The notes under the pieces: generated by a model
The model's database searches: none
Told to the model about the DNA's origin: nothing
What the model saw: the letters and a program-made list of their open reading frames with translations, nothing else
In this document: positions 10,425 through 19,180 of the stretch, one piece after another
Layout: each line of letters opens with the position of its first letter
How positions within the stretch are numbered: the first letter of the stretch is position 1
Assembly (NCBI GenBank): GCA_963726455.1
Contig: CAVSCK010000004.1
Span: 800,001-864,000 of the forward strand
Direction of reading: 5' to 3'
DNA: 64,000 bases
DNA from: an uncultured bacterium
GTDB lineage: Bacteria > Zixibacteria > MSB-5A5 > CAIYYT01
Made by a program: the position numbers and the translations under genes

Positions 10425-11516
10425 CTACCCGCCTATCGCCAGCATTCGCTCCAGAGCAATACGGGCATTATCCTTTATGTCCTCAAAAACCGACATCGGT
10501 TTGAGGGTGTCGAGATTGTCGATGGTATATGCCAGATCAGCAAGCGTGGTGCGATACATGTTAACGCACATGGCGCAGGTCTGACCGGCTAACTCCAGAA
10601 TCTGTTTGTCTGGATACTGATGAGCAAGGCGATCGACGAGATTAAGTTCGGTGCCAATCGCAATCACGCTTCCGGATGGCTGTTCTTCAACGAATCTTAC
10701 TATATGGCTGGTCGAACCCGCGGAGTCCGCCAACGCCACAACGTCCTCGGTGCATTCAGGATGAACGACGATTTTGATACCGGGGTGTTGCTCGCGCATT
10801 TGCCGGACATGGTACGGCTGAAATACCGAATGAACATGGCAGTAACCCTTCCAAACGACGACTCTGGCCTTGCGAATAGCCGCCTCATCGCGGGGCTGCG
10901 ACTTGTTCGCGAAGTCCCAGACATACAATTGGTCGCGAGGGATGCCCAGTTTATTCGCCGTATTTCGTCCCAGGTGTTCGTCCGGAAAGAAGAAAACGAT
11001 TCCACCTTGATCGAAGGCACAGGCAAATGCTTTATCAGCATTTGATGAAGTGCAAATCATGCCACCGTTGCGGCCGCAAAACGCTTTCAAGTCGGCGGCG
11101 GAATTCATGTAAGCAATTGGAATAATCTTGGATTTCGGCAGAATTCGCGTCAACTCATCCCAGGCGCCGTAGACGGCATCGATTGCCGCCATATCAGCCA
11201 TCGGACATCCGGCCAATGGGTTCGGCAAGTATACTTTCTGATCAGGACGGGCGAGAATCACCGCCGATTCAGCCATGAAATGCACGCCGCAAAACACGAT
11301 ATATTCGGCATCCAATTTTGCAGCGATCTTGCAGAGGCCATACGAGTCGCCCTGATAATCACCCAGGGCAACAACGCCACGCCGTTGATAATGGTGGGTC
11401 AACAATACCATTCGGCTTCCGAGTTCGCGCTTGCGGATGCGAATTTTCGCGGTCAGCTCGTCATCACTCATTGACCGATACTTGTCGGGAGTCACTGTAT
11501 ATGCACTCGGAATCAT
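10425..11516 (-). CDS. nadA: Quinolinate synthase
   Basis: 'HHYQ', 'FCGVHFMAE', 'GCPMADM', 'YMNS', 'CHVH', 'VHPEC', 'GTE' motifs. Confidence 0.95.
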   Translation of the reverse strand: MIPSAYTVTPDKYRSMSDDELTAKIRIRKRELGSRMVLLTHHYQRRGVVALGDYQGDSYGLCKIAAKLDAEYIVFCGVHFMAESAVILARPDQKVYLPNPLAGCPMADMAAIDAVYGAWDELTRILPKSKIIPIAYMNSAADLKAFCGRNGGMICTSSNADKAFACAFDQGGIVFFFPDEHLGRNTANKLGIPRDQLYVWDFANKSQPRDEAAIRKARVVVWKGYCHVHSVFQPYHVRQMREQHPGIKIVVHPECTEDVVALADSAGSTSHIVRFVEEQPSGSVIAIGTELNLVDRLAHQYPDKQILELAGQTCAMCVNMYRTTLADLAYTIDNLDTLKPMSVFEDIKDNARIALERMLAIGG

Positions 11517-11641
11517 GTTTCTTATCTCAATTGCTTAAGGTTCTACAACCACACTACCACCCTGCAACCCGAAAAAGCTACGCCGCCAGACCGTTACCTC
11601 TTTGACAAAACGCCACTTAGAGGCACTACCGGCGACGCGGA

Positions 11642-13000
11642 TCATTCGGCTGGCCTGCCAATTCCATACTCCTTCATCTTCTGCCTGAGGGTATTGCGAT
11701 GAATACCCAGCATGTCGGCGGCCTTTTGCAGACTGTATCCGGTCGATGCCAGCACGTTTTCGATCTGGCGCTTCTCCAACTCCTTGAGGGTAGCAGAAAC
11801 CGGCGCAGTGTACTCGCCGGCGGCGGAATCCGACCTCCGCAACTGCGGGAAGTCATCGACATCCAAAATATCCGACCGTGACAACACAATCGCGCGTTCA
11901 ATCGTGTTTGCCAATTCGCGCACATTCCCCGGCCAATCATGCGCCATTAACAGGTCTTTGGCTTGGGCGGTTATTCCCCTGGTCGGGCGGTTTAGTCGCT
12001 CCGAAGTTTGCTTAAGAAAGTGCTCCGTCAGAGGCATAATGTCTTCGCGGCGATCACGCAACGGCGGCAGGAAAATATTGACGACGTTTATTCGGTAATA
12101 CAGATCCTCACGAAACCGTCCCTGTTCGACGTCCTCCGCGAGATTTCGATTGGTTGCTGTGATGATGCGAACGTCGGCATCAAGTTCCTCATCTCCCCCC
12201 AGGCGCTCGAATCGCTTGTCTTCAAGTATCCGGAGCAACTTCACCTGTATCGCCCCCGGCAACTCGCCAACTTCATCCAACAAAATCGTTCCGCCGATAG
12301 CCAATTCAAACCGTCCGGTGCGCCTGCGATCGGCCCCGGTAAAAGCACCTTTCTCGTGGCCGAACAGTTCTGATTCCAGGAGCGTCTCCGGGATGGCGGC
12401 GCAGTTGACCGCCACGAATCTTCCCTCACCTCTGGAGGACAAACGATGAATCGTCCGAGCCACCAGCTCCTTGCCAGAGCCCGACTCGCCCGTGATCAGA
12501 ACTGTACTATCGGTCGGTGCTACCCGAGCAATCTCCGATAACACCTGTTTCAGTTTGGAAGAACTGCCGATAATCTCTTTAACTTCAAGTCCTTCAAGGT
12601 GTTCACGGAGTAATCGATTCTCTGAAAGCAGATAGTGCCGCTCACCGGCCTTCTTGACAAGTTCCAGAAGCTCTTCAAGATTTATCGGCTTACTCAAATA
12701 ATCGTATGCTCCCGCACGCATCGCGTCCACGGCAGTCTCCACAGTCCCAAAGGCGGTTATCATGATGACCTGCATCTCAGGATCTTTCGCCTTCACCTTT
12801 TTGAGCAAATCGAGACCGCTTTCGCCAGTCATCTTCATGTCGAAGAGGCCAATTTCGAACGAGTTATGCGTCATATTTTCGAGTGCAACTTCGGACGAAT
12901 CAGCGGTCGTAACCGTGTAGCCCTTTCGGGTAAGGAAACCAGCCAACATTTCGCGCTGATTCTTTTCGTCGTCGACGACGATAACTCGTAAAGACAGCAT
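11642..13000 (-). CDS. Sigma-54-dependent response regulator (NtrC/AtoC family)
   Basis: Receiver 'VVDDE...FDMKM', AAA+ 'GESGSGKE', intact 'GAFTGA', 'WPGNVREL', Fis HTH 'LGIHRNTL'. Confidence 0.95.
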   Translation of the reverse strand: MLSLRVIVVDDEKNQREMLAGFLTRKGYTVTTADSSEVALENMTHNSFEIGLFDMKMTGESGLDLLKKVKAKDPEMQVIMITAFGTVETAVDAMRAGAYDYLSKPINLEELLELVKKAGERHYLLSENRLLREHLEGLEVKEIIGSSSKLKQVLSEIARVAPTDSTVLITGESGSGKELVARTIHRLSSRGEGRFVAVNCAAIPETLLESELFGHEKGAFTGADRRRTGRFELAIGGTILLDEVGELPGAIQVKLLRILEDKRFERLGGDEELDADVRIITATNRNLAEDVEQGRFREDLYYRINVVNIFLPPLRDRREDIMPLTEHFLKQTSERLNRPTRGITAQAKDLLMAHDWPGNVRELANTIERAIVLSRSDILDVDDFPQLRRSDSAAGEYTAPVSATLKELEKRQIENVLASTGYSLQKAADMLGIHRNTLRQKMKEYGIGRPAE

Positions 13001-13007
13001 CTTTTAC

Positions 13008-13036
13008 ATGGTATTTCTTTTGCCGGTAGAAAGCAA
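13008..13036 (-). promoter_or_regulatory. Sigma70-type promoter directly abutting the start codon (probable leaderless mRNA)
   Basis: Minus strand TTGCTT-17-TACCAT-7 nt-ATG(13000); no SD. Confidence 0.55.
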
Positions 13037-13090
13037 ACTTTTTCATGACTGCGCACCAGCCCCAAACGCCCGTGCTGTTCAAAAAAGGGT

Positions 13091-13119
13091 TTGACAAAAC
13101 AGCATGGGTTGATTAGATT
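13091..13119 (+). promoter_or_regulatory. Strong sigma70-type promoter for the 13476 gene
   Basis: TTGACA(13091-96)-17-TAGATT(13114-19), A-rich tract upstream. Confidence 0.7.
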
Positions 13120-13475
13120 TAAAGGAGAAGAGCAAGAGCAGTATTGGGTCTAAAATACTTCAGCAGGCGATCCTGAGTTAGCGGTTGCTTGGTACAGTAA
13201 TACTTAGAAGTGACAACATTGGTGTCGTCGGAGATGTTCTCCCTTCGTTGACCTCAATTGGATGGTGCCCGACTTAAGCTCAGTCATCGCAAATGAATGA
13301 AACGGTAGACCTTTTAAGTTCATATTTGTGTCAGTCAGTTATTTTACTGGTTCCGACTTCGTTATGTGGAACTGAGGGAGGTGATAGTCCACAACTGAGC
13401 GTACTCGGATGAATTAGTCCGAACATTGTTGTAACCGATTTTTCTCGCAAATTTCGGAAAGGAGCAAACGAACCG

Positions 13476-16400
13476 ATGCGAAAACTAACGGTCCTCACTT
13501 TAGCACTATTGTACGTGGTTGCTCTGACCTCGGTTGCGGCTTTTGCCGCCAACGCGCCAAGAATTAATGGCGTGGAGAGCCAGCCACATATGGTTCCAAT
13601 CGAAAATAGCAATGTCCCAATGCTGGAGACCGGTCCGGAAATCGGCACCACCAGCAAGCCGTCAGCCGCGTCGATGCAGGCACTGGGATACTATATGTCG
13701 CCGGGTCTGATCCTGGAAACGACCGACTACGACTTACAGCACAACAGCCGCATGGCCCGTCAGGTTGAAGTTGGCACCGATGGCCGCGTCCATTTTATTT
13801 GGACGTACAAAGCCGTCGCCGCTGATCTCGGCCTTCGCGCCGCGCATTACAGAACCTGGGTCACCAATGGTGGTGGCTTCGGTAGCATACTGTCTCTGTC
13901 AGACGACCTTGGCAAGACGCCGGGACGTTTCTGCACAGTTGACGTATATAACAACGCTGGCATGGGTGTCTGGCACTACACTGTTGGCGCCGACCCGCAG
14001 ACTACTTCGGCAATGGATGCCGGCTCTGGACTGAATCTGTTCACTGCCGTTAATCCGCCAGCCGGTGTAATCAACTGCCAGAATATCCACGCAGGCACGA
14101 AATTTATTCCCTACATTTGGCCGAGCGCTTGCACTGATGTTGACGGCTCCGGCAACGTGGTTGTTCACATCATAGCAATGGAAGGCAATACCGGTGCCGG
14201 TTATGCCGCCCTCACTTACTTCCGCGGCGCCCCGGGTGGAACTACCTTCCAGGACGGCATGTACGGCACGTGCGGCACATTTATTGACTCCACCACAACG
14301 ACTGCTTACGATGTCGCCGCCAGCCCGACCACGAACGACGTGGTCATCGCTTATGCCAAGGCGAGACAGAACAATAACCGTGAAAACAGTGATATGGTCT
14401 ATCGCAAGTCGACCGACATGGGCGTCAACTGGGGCCCCATTGTGAATATCACCAACTACCCAACCGGCACCAAGGAACGCGCCGGTGAAGACGTTTCGGT
14501 GTTATTTGATGGTCGCAACTGTTTCCATATTCTGTATCTGGGAACGATCTACGATTCCATCGCCGGTACTTATTCTGATCAGGAAGTTAAGTTGTTTCAC
14601 TGGACAAGCTGCAATGCGCTCTGCAAGAGCTTGATCGTGAATGCCACGAACCATGATGCCAACTGTAACACTCCTGCATTTGCCTACAATGTGACCAAGA
14701 TCAACATCACCCAGTGCGCCAGAACGGCTACGAACGACACGCTGCTCTATGCCGTTTACACGCGTTATCTGGGCACAACGGCGGATCCGGATTGCTCCTT
14801 CAAGCATTATCCGAACGGCGAAGTATTTGTGTCAGCGTCGTCGACTTGGGGCGAAACCTGGGGTGCTCCAATCAACCTGACGAATACCAAGACCAATAAC
14901 TGCACGGGCGGCAACTGCGCCGACGATCGTTACACATCTTCGTCGCGTTACGCCAAAGACACGCTGCGCATTGAATACCTGCAGGATCTCGACGCCGGCA
15001 GCTTCGTCAGCAACGAAAGCTCGACTGCTGACCTCGCCAACCCGGTAATGTTCCTCAGCTATCCTTGCGTCTCGATGTCTCCGTATCAGTCGCTGTCCGC
15101 GACTCCGAGCGTTATCAAGTACTGGCCTACCCCGTTCTTTGCCAAGCGTAATGCCACTGCGACGCAGAACATCACGCTGATGAACGCCGGTAACCAGTCG
15201 GCCAGCTGGACCAGAGCCTTCTCATATACCAATGGTTCTAACTGGTTGAGTTGCCAGGCCAGCGGTTCTGTAGGCGCCGGTTGCACCAACTCGGCTTCGT
15301 TCGTTCTTACAGCCGGTCCGATCGCGACCGAAGGTTTGTACAAAGGCAAGGTTACGTTCTCGTACGACAGCCCGGTGCAGACGTTTGATCTTCCGATCGA
15401 CTTCTACGTATTTGACACGTTCAGATTGCCGCAGGATATACCGCTTCGCACTGCGACCAGCCGTATGATGGTCAACCAGACCGGCCAAGTCGGCGATGAC
15501 ATTGGTGGTTCCTCGTGGACTTACTTCTCGGAGGTCGACGTCGACGCCATCACCGACGGTTCGCTTATTCTTGGTAATGCCGCTCACAACCTGAGCTGGA
15601 GAATCTACCAGAGTGGCCAGGGTGAGCCGACTGCGTCGAACCCCTATGGCATAATTTATGCTAGAGACACGATCGCTATTGATACCCTGCCCAGTGGCAA
15701 CGCTTTCTATCGCAAGGCCTGGGGCACGGGCACGAACCGCGACTCCACGTTGGAGTTCTCGGTAGAGTGGTATGCACCGAAGTTTGTCGATACTGACGGC
15801 TTCTACATTGGCAAGTTCGATCTGTATAAAGGCCGCAAGACCCCTGGGACACCGGTTACGGGCCTCACAGTGGCCTTCTCAACCGACTGGGACGTCCCGG
15901 ATGATTCACTCGGTTCTGACAACATTGCCCACAACGATCCTACCAGAAACCTGGTGTATTTACAGGGTGCATACTCTGTGGATAAGAACAACGGCTACGG
16001 TGGTATCGCGGCATATCGTGAAGACAACCAGCCGATCGCCGGTGGTTTCACCTGGACAAACTCGCAGCATGTGTACCTGGAATCTGGTTACAACTGCGAC
16101 TCCATGTGGAATTGGCTGACTCGAATCAACTCTGTTCAGAGTCTTCCGGTGGACACCGTGACCGACCAGTCCATCACGATGATCATTGCCAAGGGTCTGA
16201 CAATCAGCCAGGGTGATCACTTCAAGTTTGACGTGATTCACGTCGGTAAGCGCGGCGAACTTAATCCGGGAGGGCTTCCAGCTTTCCTGGCCATGGTTGA
16301 TGCCGGCAAGAAGTTCCTGTGCGGCCACATTTCCAACTCTAGCGCACTGTGCTCCGGTTGTGTCGATTGTGGCGATGCCAACAGCGACGGCGCGGTTGAC

Positions 16401-16589
16401 ATTTCCGACGCGGTGTTCTTGATTCAGTACATCTTCGCCGGTGGTGCGGCTCCGGGAACCTGCACCTACGCCTTTGGTAAGGGCGATGCCAACGGTGACT
16501 GCACAGTTGACATTTCCGACGCGGTGTACTTGATTCAGTACATCTTCGCCGGTGGCGCTGCTCCTCACTGCGGAGTGGGCTGCAAATAG
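13476..16589 (+). CDS. Large secreted Cys-rich protein with Asp-box/BNR-like repeats, Ig-like segment and C-terminal dockerin (1037 aa)
   Basis: Signal peptide; Asp-box-like 'KSTDMGVNWG' and 'SSTWGETWG'; duplicated 'GDANxDxxVDISDAVxLIQYIFAGG'; SD AAGGAG. Confidence 0.85.
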   Translation: MRKLTVLTLALLYVVALTSVAAFAANAPRINGVESQPHMVPIENSNVPMLETGPEIGTTSKPSAASMQALGYYMSPGLILETTDYDLQHNSRMARQVEVGTDGRVHFIWTYKAVAADLGLRAAHYRTWVTNGGGFGSILSLSDDLGKTPGRFCTVDVYNNAGMGVWHYTVGADPQTTSAMDAGSGLNLFTAVNPPAGVINCQNIHAGTKFIPYIWPSACTDVDGSGNVVVHIIAMEGNTGAGYAALTYFRGAPGGTTFQDGMYGTCGTFIDSTTTTAYDVAASPTTNDVVIAYAKARQNNNRENSDMVYRKSTDMGVNWGPIVNITNYPTGTKERAGEDVSVLFDGRNCFHILYLGTIYDSIAGTYSDQEVKLFHWTSCNALCKSLIVNATNHDANCNTPAFAYNVTKINITQCARTATNDTLLYAVYTRYLGTTADPDCSFKHYPNGEVFVSASSTWGETWGAPINLTNTKTNNCTGGNCADDRYTSSSRYAKDTLRIEYLQDLDAGSFVSNESSTADLANPVMFLSYPCVSMSPYQSLSATPSVIKYWPTPFFAKRNATATQNITLMNAGNQSASWTRAFSYTNGSNWLSCQASGSVGAGCTNSASFVLTAGPIATEGLYKGKVTFSYDSPVQTFDLPIDFYVFDTFRLPQDIPLRTATSRMMVNQTGQVGDDIGGSSWTYFSEVDVDAITDGSLILGNAAHNLSWRIYQSGQGEPTASNPYGIIYARDTIAIDTLPSGNAFYRKAWGTGTNRDSTLEFSVEWYAPKFVDTDGFYIGKFDLYKGRKTPGTPVTGLTVAFSTDWDVPDDSLGSDNIAHNDPTRNLVYLQGAYSVDKNNGYGGIAAYREDNQPIAGGFTWTNSQHVYLESGYNCDSMWNWLTRINSVQSLPVDTVTDQSITMIIAKGLTISQGDHFKFDVIHVGKRGELNPGGLPAFLAMVDAGKKFLCGHISNSSALCSGCVDCGDANSDGAVDISDAVFLIQYIFAGGAAPGTCTYAFGKGDANGDCTVDISDAVYLIQYIFAGGAAPHCGVGCK
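16371..16564 (+). repeat. Direct repeat (2 x 83 nt, period 111 nt) encoding the two halves of the dockerin
   Basis: 16371-16453 vs 16482-16564 differ at 8 of 83 positions by my alignment. Confidence 0.9.
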
Positions 16590-16645
16590 TTCATTCAATT
16601 GACTAGTCCAACGAGTTCTTGATTCGTGGAACTAGCCGAAATAAG

Positions 16646-16678
16646 ACCGTGCCGACCGTTTGGTCGGCACGGTTTTTT
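16646..16678 (+). terminator. Rho-independent terminator
   Basis: ACCGTGCCGACC-gttt-GGTCGGCACGGT followed by TTTTT. Confidence 0.92.
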
Positions 16679-16701
16679 GTTTGCCACTAATCCGCAAGTC
16701 G

Positions 16702-16730
16702 TTGCTTTAGTCATGCCGTCATGGTATGTT
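16702..16730 (+). promoter_or_regulatory. Sigma70-type promoter abutting the ATG (probable leaderless mRNA)
   Basis: TTGCTT-17-TATGTT with TGn extension; ATG 6 nt later at 16737; no SD. Confidence 0.55.
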
Positions 16731-16736
16731 TCGGTG

Positions 16737-18932
16737 ATGCTTCAGATTGTCAAAACCAGACTTCTGTGTCTGTTCGGCATATTTCTGTTGGCATTCGCGC
16801 ACAGTGCGATAGCCGCAGATGACACCCTTGGTCTGTCCCCGGGTGGCGTGCAGGACGAAGCATTTTGGAAGGCGCACATTCATCAACTGCAGAAGATGTC
16901 TCTCTCGGCCAGAGCGCAGGAAATGACCCCACTGGAAAAACGCTTTGATGTGACCTACTATATCATCCGCCTGAAGATCGATCCGTCCACAACTGCTGAA
17001 ACCATCGACGGTGCAGTCACCGTTTTCGGAAGTGCTGTTGCGGGTACACTCGACACCGTTCAACTCGATTTCTCTCAGTCTCTGACCGCCGATTCAGTGA
17101 CCAGCGGCGCCTCGCGGCTGGACTTTCAACAGACAGGTGACTTGCTCACAATAGCGCTGCCGGGCGGCGGAAGTAACATTGGTTTTGCCTTGACCGTTCA
17201 TTATCGTGGTCAACCACAGAATTTTGGTTTCGGTTCGTTCAAATTCGAAAGCTTCAACTCACATCCGACTGTTTCCACGCTCTCCGAGCCATATTATGCA
17301 CGCGGTTGGTGGCCATGCAAGGATCATCCAACCGACAAACCGGATTCCGTAGATATGTATGTCACAATCGACAGCAATTTGATTGTGGCTTCCAACGGTT
17401 CGCTGGTCTCGATTGTGAAAAATGGCGACGGCACCAACACCACACATTGGCATGAATCGTATCCCATCGCCACCTACCTGGTCAGTCTCGCCATCGCCGA
17501 TTATTACACCTATTCCGATACTTTGAAATATGGCGGCTTCACTATGCCGATCGATTTCTTTCACTACGGGCCGCCGGGAGATGTGATCAGAGCTAGATAT
17601 GCCAAAGTGAAGGACATGATCGCAGCCTTCTCGGATATGTTCGGGATTTACCCTTTCATCAGGGAAAAGTACGGGCATGCAGAATTCACCTTTGGCGGTG
17701 GCATGGAGCATCAAACTTGCACTTCGCTGGGCGCCTTCGACGAAAATGTGATTGCACACGAACTCGCACACCAATGGTGGGGCGATATGGTAACGTGCGG
17801 CTCCTGGCACGATATCTGGCTGAATGAAGGGTTCGCGAGCTACGGTGAAGCACTCTGGGCCGAACATACCGACGGCATGGCCGGGTACCATGCCATGATG
17901 AATACATTTCCCGATACGTGGGATACAACGCGGGCGCGTGATACTCTGATCGTCACTGACACGACCTCCGAATTTACCCTATTCAACTGGAAAGTGTACC
18001 GCAAGGGTGGATATGTGCTGCACATGCTGCGTTACACGATCGGTGATTCTGCCTTTTTTCGCACTTTGCACCGTTACGGTGAACCACCTTACAAGTATAG
18101 TACCGCAGTGACCGAGGACTTTCGCCGTGTTGCCGAGGAGGAATCGGGCCAGAATCTCGAGACATTCTTCCAGCAGTGGGTCTATTCCGGAGGTCAGCCA
18201 TACTACCACTATGGAATGTTACCGATCACCACTGATACCGGAGTGGTGACCTACTTCTTCCTTGACCAGGTACAGGCAGGGCGCAATCCGTTTCAGACTG
18301 ATATCGACGTTAGGTTTGACTTTGCCGACACAGCGTTGACGTTCCGACTGTCGGACACATTGTCTAGCCAGAATTTCGTTTTCCGGTTTGACACAGCTCC
18401 CATCAGTTGCACAGTCGACCCCGACCACTGGATATTGCAGCGGAATTCACTGGCGGACTTCGGCTTCCGGTTCATCACGGATTCGCTGCCTGACGCTTAT
18501 ATCTCTGCGCCATATAGTCAGCAACTCATTGTGGCCGGCGGACGTGATCCCCTGACCTGGTGGGCGCCGGTTGTGACCCTACCACCCGGCCTGACCCTAA
18601 GCTTCGACGGCATACTGTCAGGCACGCCAACCGAAACCGGCCAGTATCTAATTGGTGTGCGCGTTACCGATGCCTCGTCACCGGCACGGGTTCTTGTAAC
18701 GAACCTGCCGTTGAATGTCAAAGAGCTTCACGGCAACGTCGATGGCCAGCCCGGAATCGGCCTCTCGGACCTGATATACTTGATCAGATACCTGTTCAAG
18801 GGCGGCAATCCCCCCGCAAACTTGCAGCTTGCCGACACCAACTGTGATGGCGCGGTGGACCTTGTCGACGTTGTCGTACTACTCAACTACCTCTATGATC
18901 GCGGACCACTTCCCTGCGCCACCTTCAATTGA
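16737..18932 (+). CDS. Secreted M1-family aminopeptidase with putative Ig (He_PIG-like) domain and C-terminal dockerin
   Basis: 'GGMEH', 'HELAHQWWGD...WLNEGFA', 'YRKGGYVLHMLR'; 'LPPGLTLSFDGILSGTPT'; dockerin 'GNVDG...LSDLIYLIRYLF...DTNCDGAVDLVD'. Start moved to 16737 because the longer ORF runs through the upstream terminator. Confidence 0.92.
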   Translation: MLQIVKTRLLCLFGIFLLAFAHSAIAADDTLGLSPGGVQDEAFWKAHIHQLQKMSLSARAQEMTPLEKRFDVTYYIIRLKIDPSTTAETIDGAVTVFGSAVAGTLDTVQLDFSQSLTADSVTSGASRLDFQQTGDLLTIALPGGGSNIGFALTVHYRGQPQNFGFGSFKFESFNSHPTVSTLSEPYYARGWWPCKDHPTDKPDSVDMYVTIDSNLIVASNGSLVSIVKNGDGTNTTHWHESYPIATYLVSLAIADYYTYSDTLKYGGFTMPIDFFHYGPPGDVIRARYAKVKDMIAAFSDMFGIYPFIREKYGHAEFTFGGGMEHQTCTSLGAFDENVIAHELAHQWWGDMVTCGSWHDIWLNEGFASYGEALWAEHTDGMAGYHAMMNTFPDTWDTTRARDTLIVTDTTSEFTLFNWKVYRKGGYVLHMLRYTIGDSAFFRTLHRYGEPPYKYSTAVTEDFRRVAEEESGQNLETFFQQWVYSGGQPYYHYGMLPITTDTGVVTYFFLDQVQAGRNPFQTDIDVRFDFADTALTFRLSDTLSSQNFVFRFDTAPISCTVDPDHWILQRNSLADFGFRFITDSLPDAYISAPYSQQLIVAGGRDPLTWWAPVVTLPPGLTLSFDGILSGTPTETGQYLIGVRVTDASSPARVLVTNLPLNVKELHGNVDGQPGIGLSDLIYLIRYLFKGGNPPANLQLADTNCDGAVDLVDVVVLLNYLYDRGPLPCATFN

Positions 18933-19162
18933 TCCGCGCTTATTGCGTCGCAATCAACAACGCTACCCGGATCATCAATTAGTTTGCGTTCCGACTCCCA
19001 GATGCGTCGCAGAATTGGAATGCCGAATTGCAGAATTGTCCGCACGGCATGCGCCATCGTGTGGTTATGAGTCTGAGCCAGTTCCTTTAGGGCAGTCTTC
19101 AACTCGCGCGAAACTTGTATGTTGAGTGTTTGTTCGCCTGGATGTTTGCCTTCGTTTTCCAT
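18893..19162 (-). CDS. Small ribbon-helix-helix-like DNA-binding protein
   Basis: 'TLNIQVSRELKTALKELAQTHNHTMAHAVRTIL' beta-alpha-alpha pattern; SD AAGGGAG. Confidence 0.65.
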   Translation of the reverse strand: MENEGKHPGEQTLNIQVSRELKTALKELAQTHNHTMAHAVRTILQFGIPILRRIWESERKLIDDPGSVVDCDAISADQLKVAQGSGPRS

Positions 19163-19180
19163 GGTAGTTTCTCCCTTGCT

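Noticed and set aside
13001-13475. Sigma54 promoter or known riboswitch in the intergenic region
   Set aside because: TGGTAC at about 13190 lacks the -12 GC at the right spacing; no TPP, cobalamin, SAM or c-di-GMP consensus was recognisable by eye.
16371-16564. DGR template/variable repeat pair
   Set aside because: Mismatches are not adenine-specific, both copies lie in one ORF as dockerin halves, and no reverse transcriptase is present.
15960-16598. 212-aa minus-strand ORF with internal repeat
   Set aside because: Antisense shadow of the dockerin gene; its repeat simply mirrors the dockerin duplication.
16626-16736. N-terminal extension of the M1 peptidase
   Set aside because: It runs through the upstream terminator and putative promoter; the signal peptide begins at ATG 16737.
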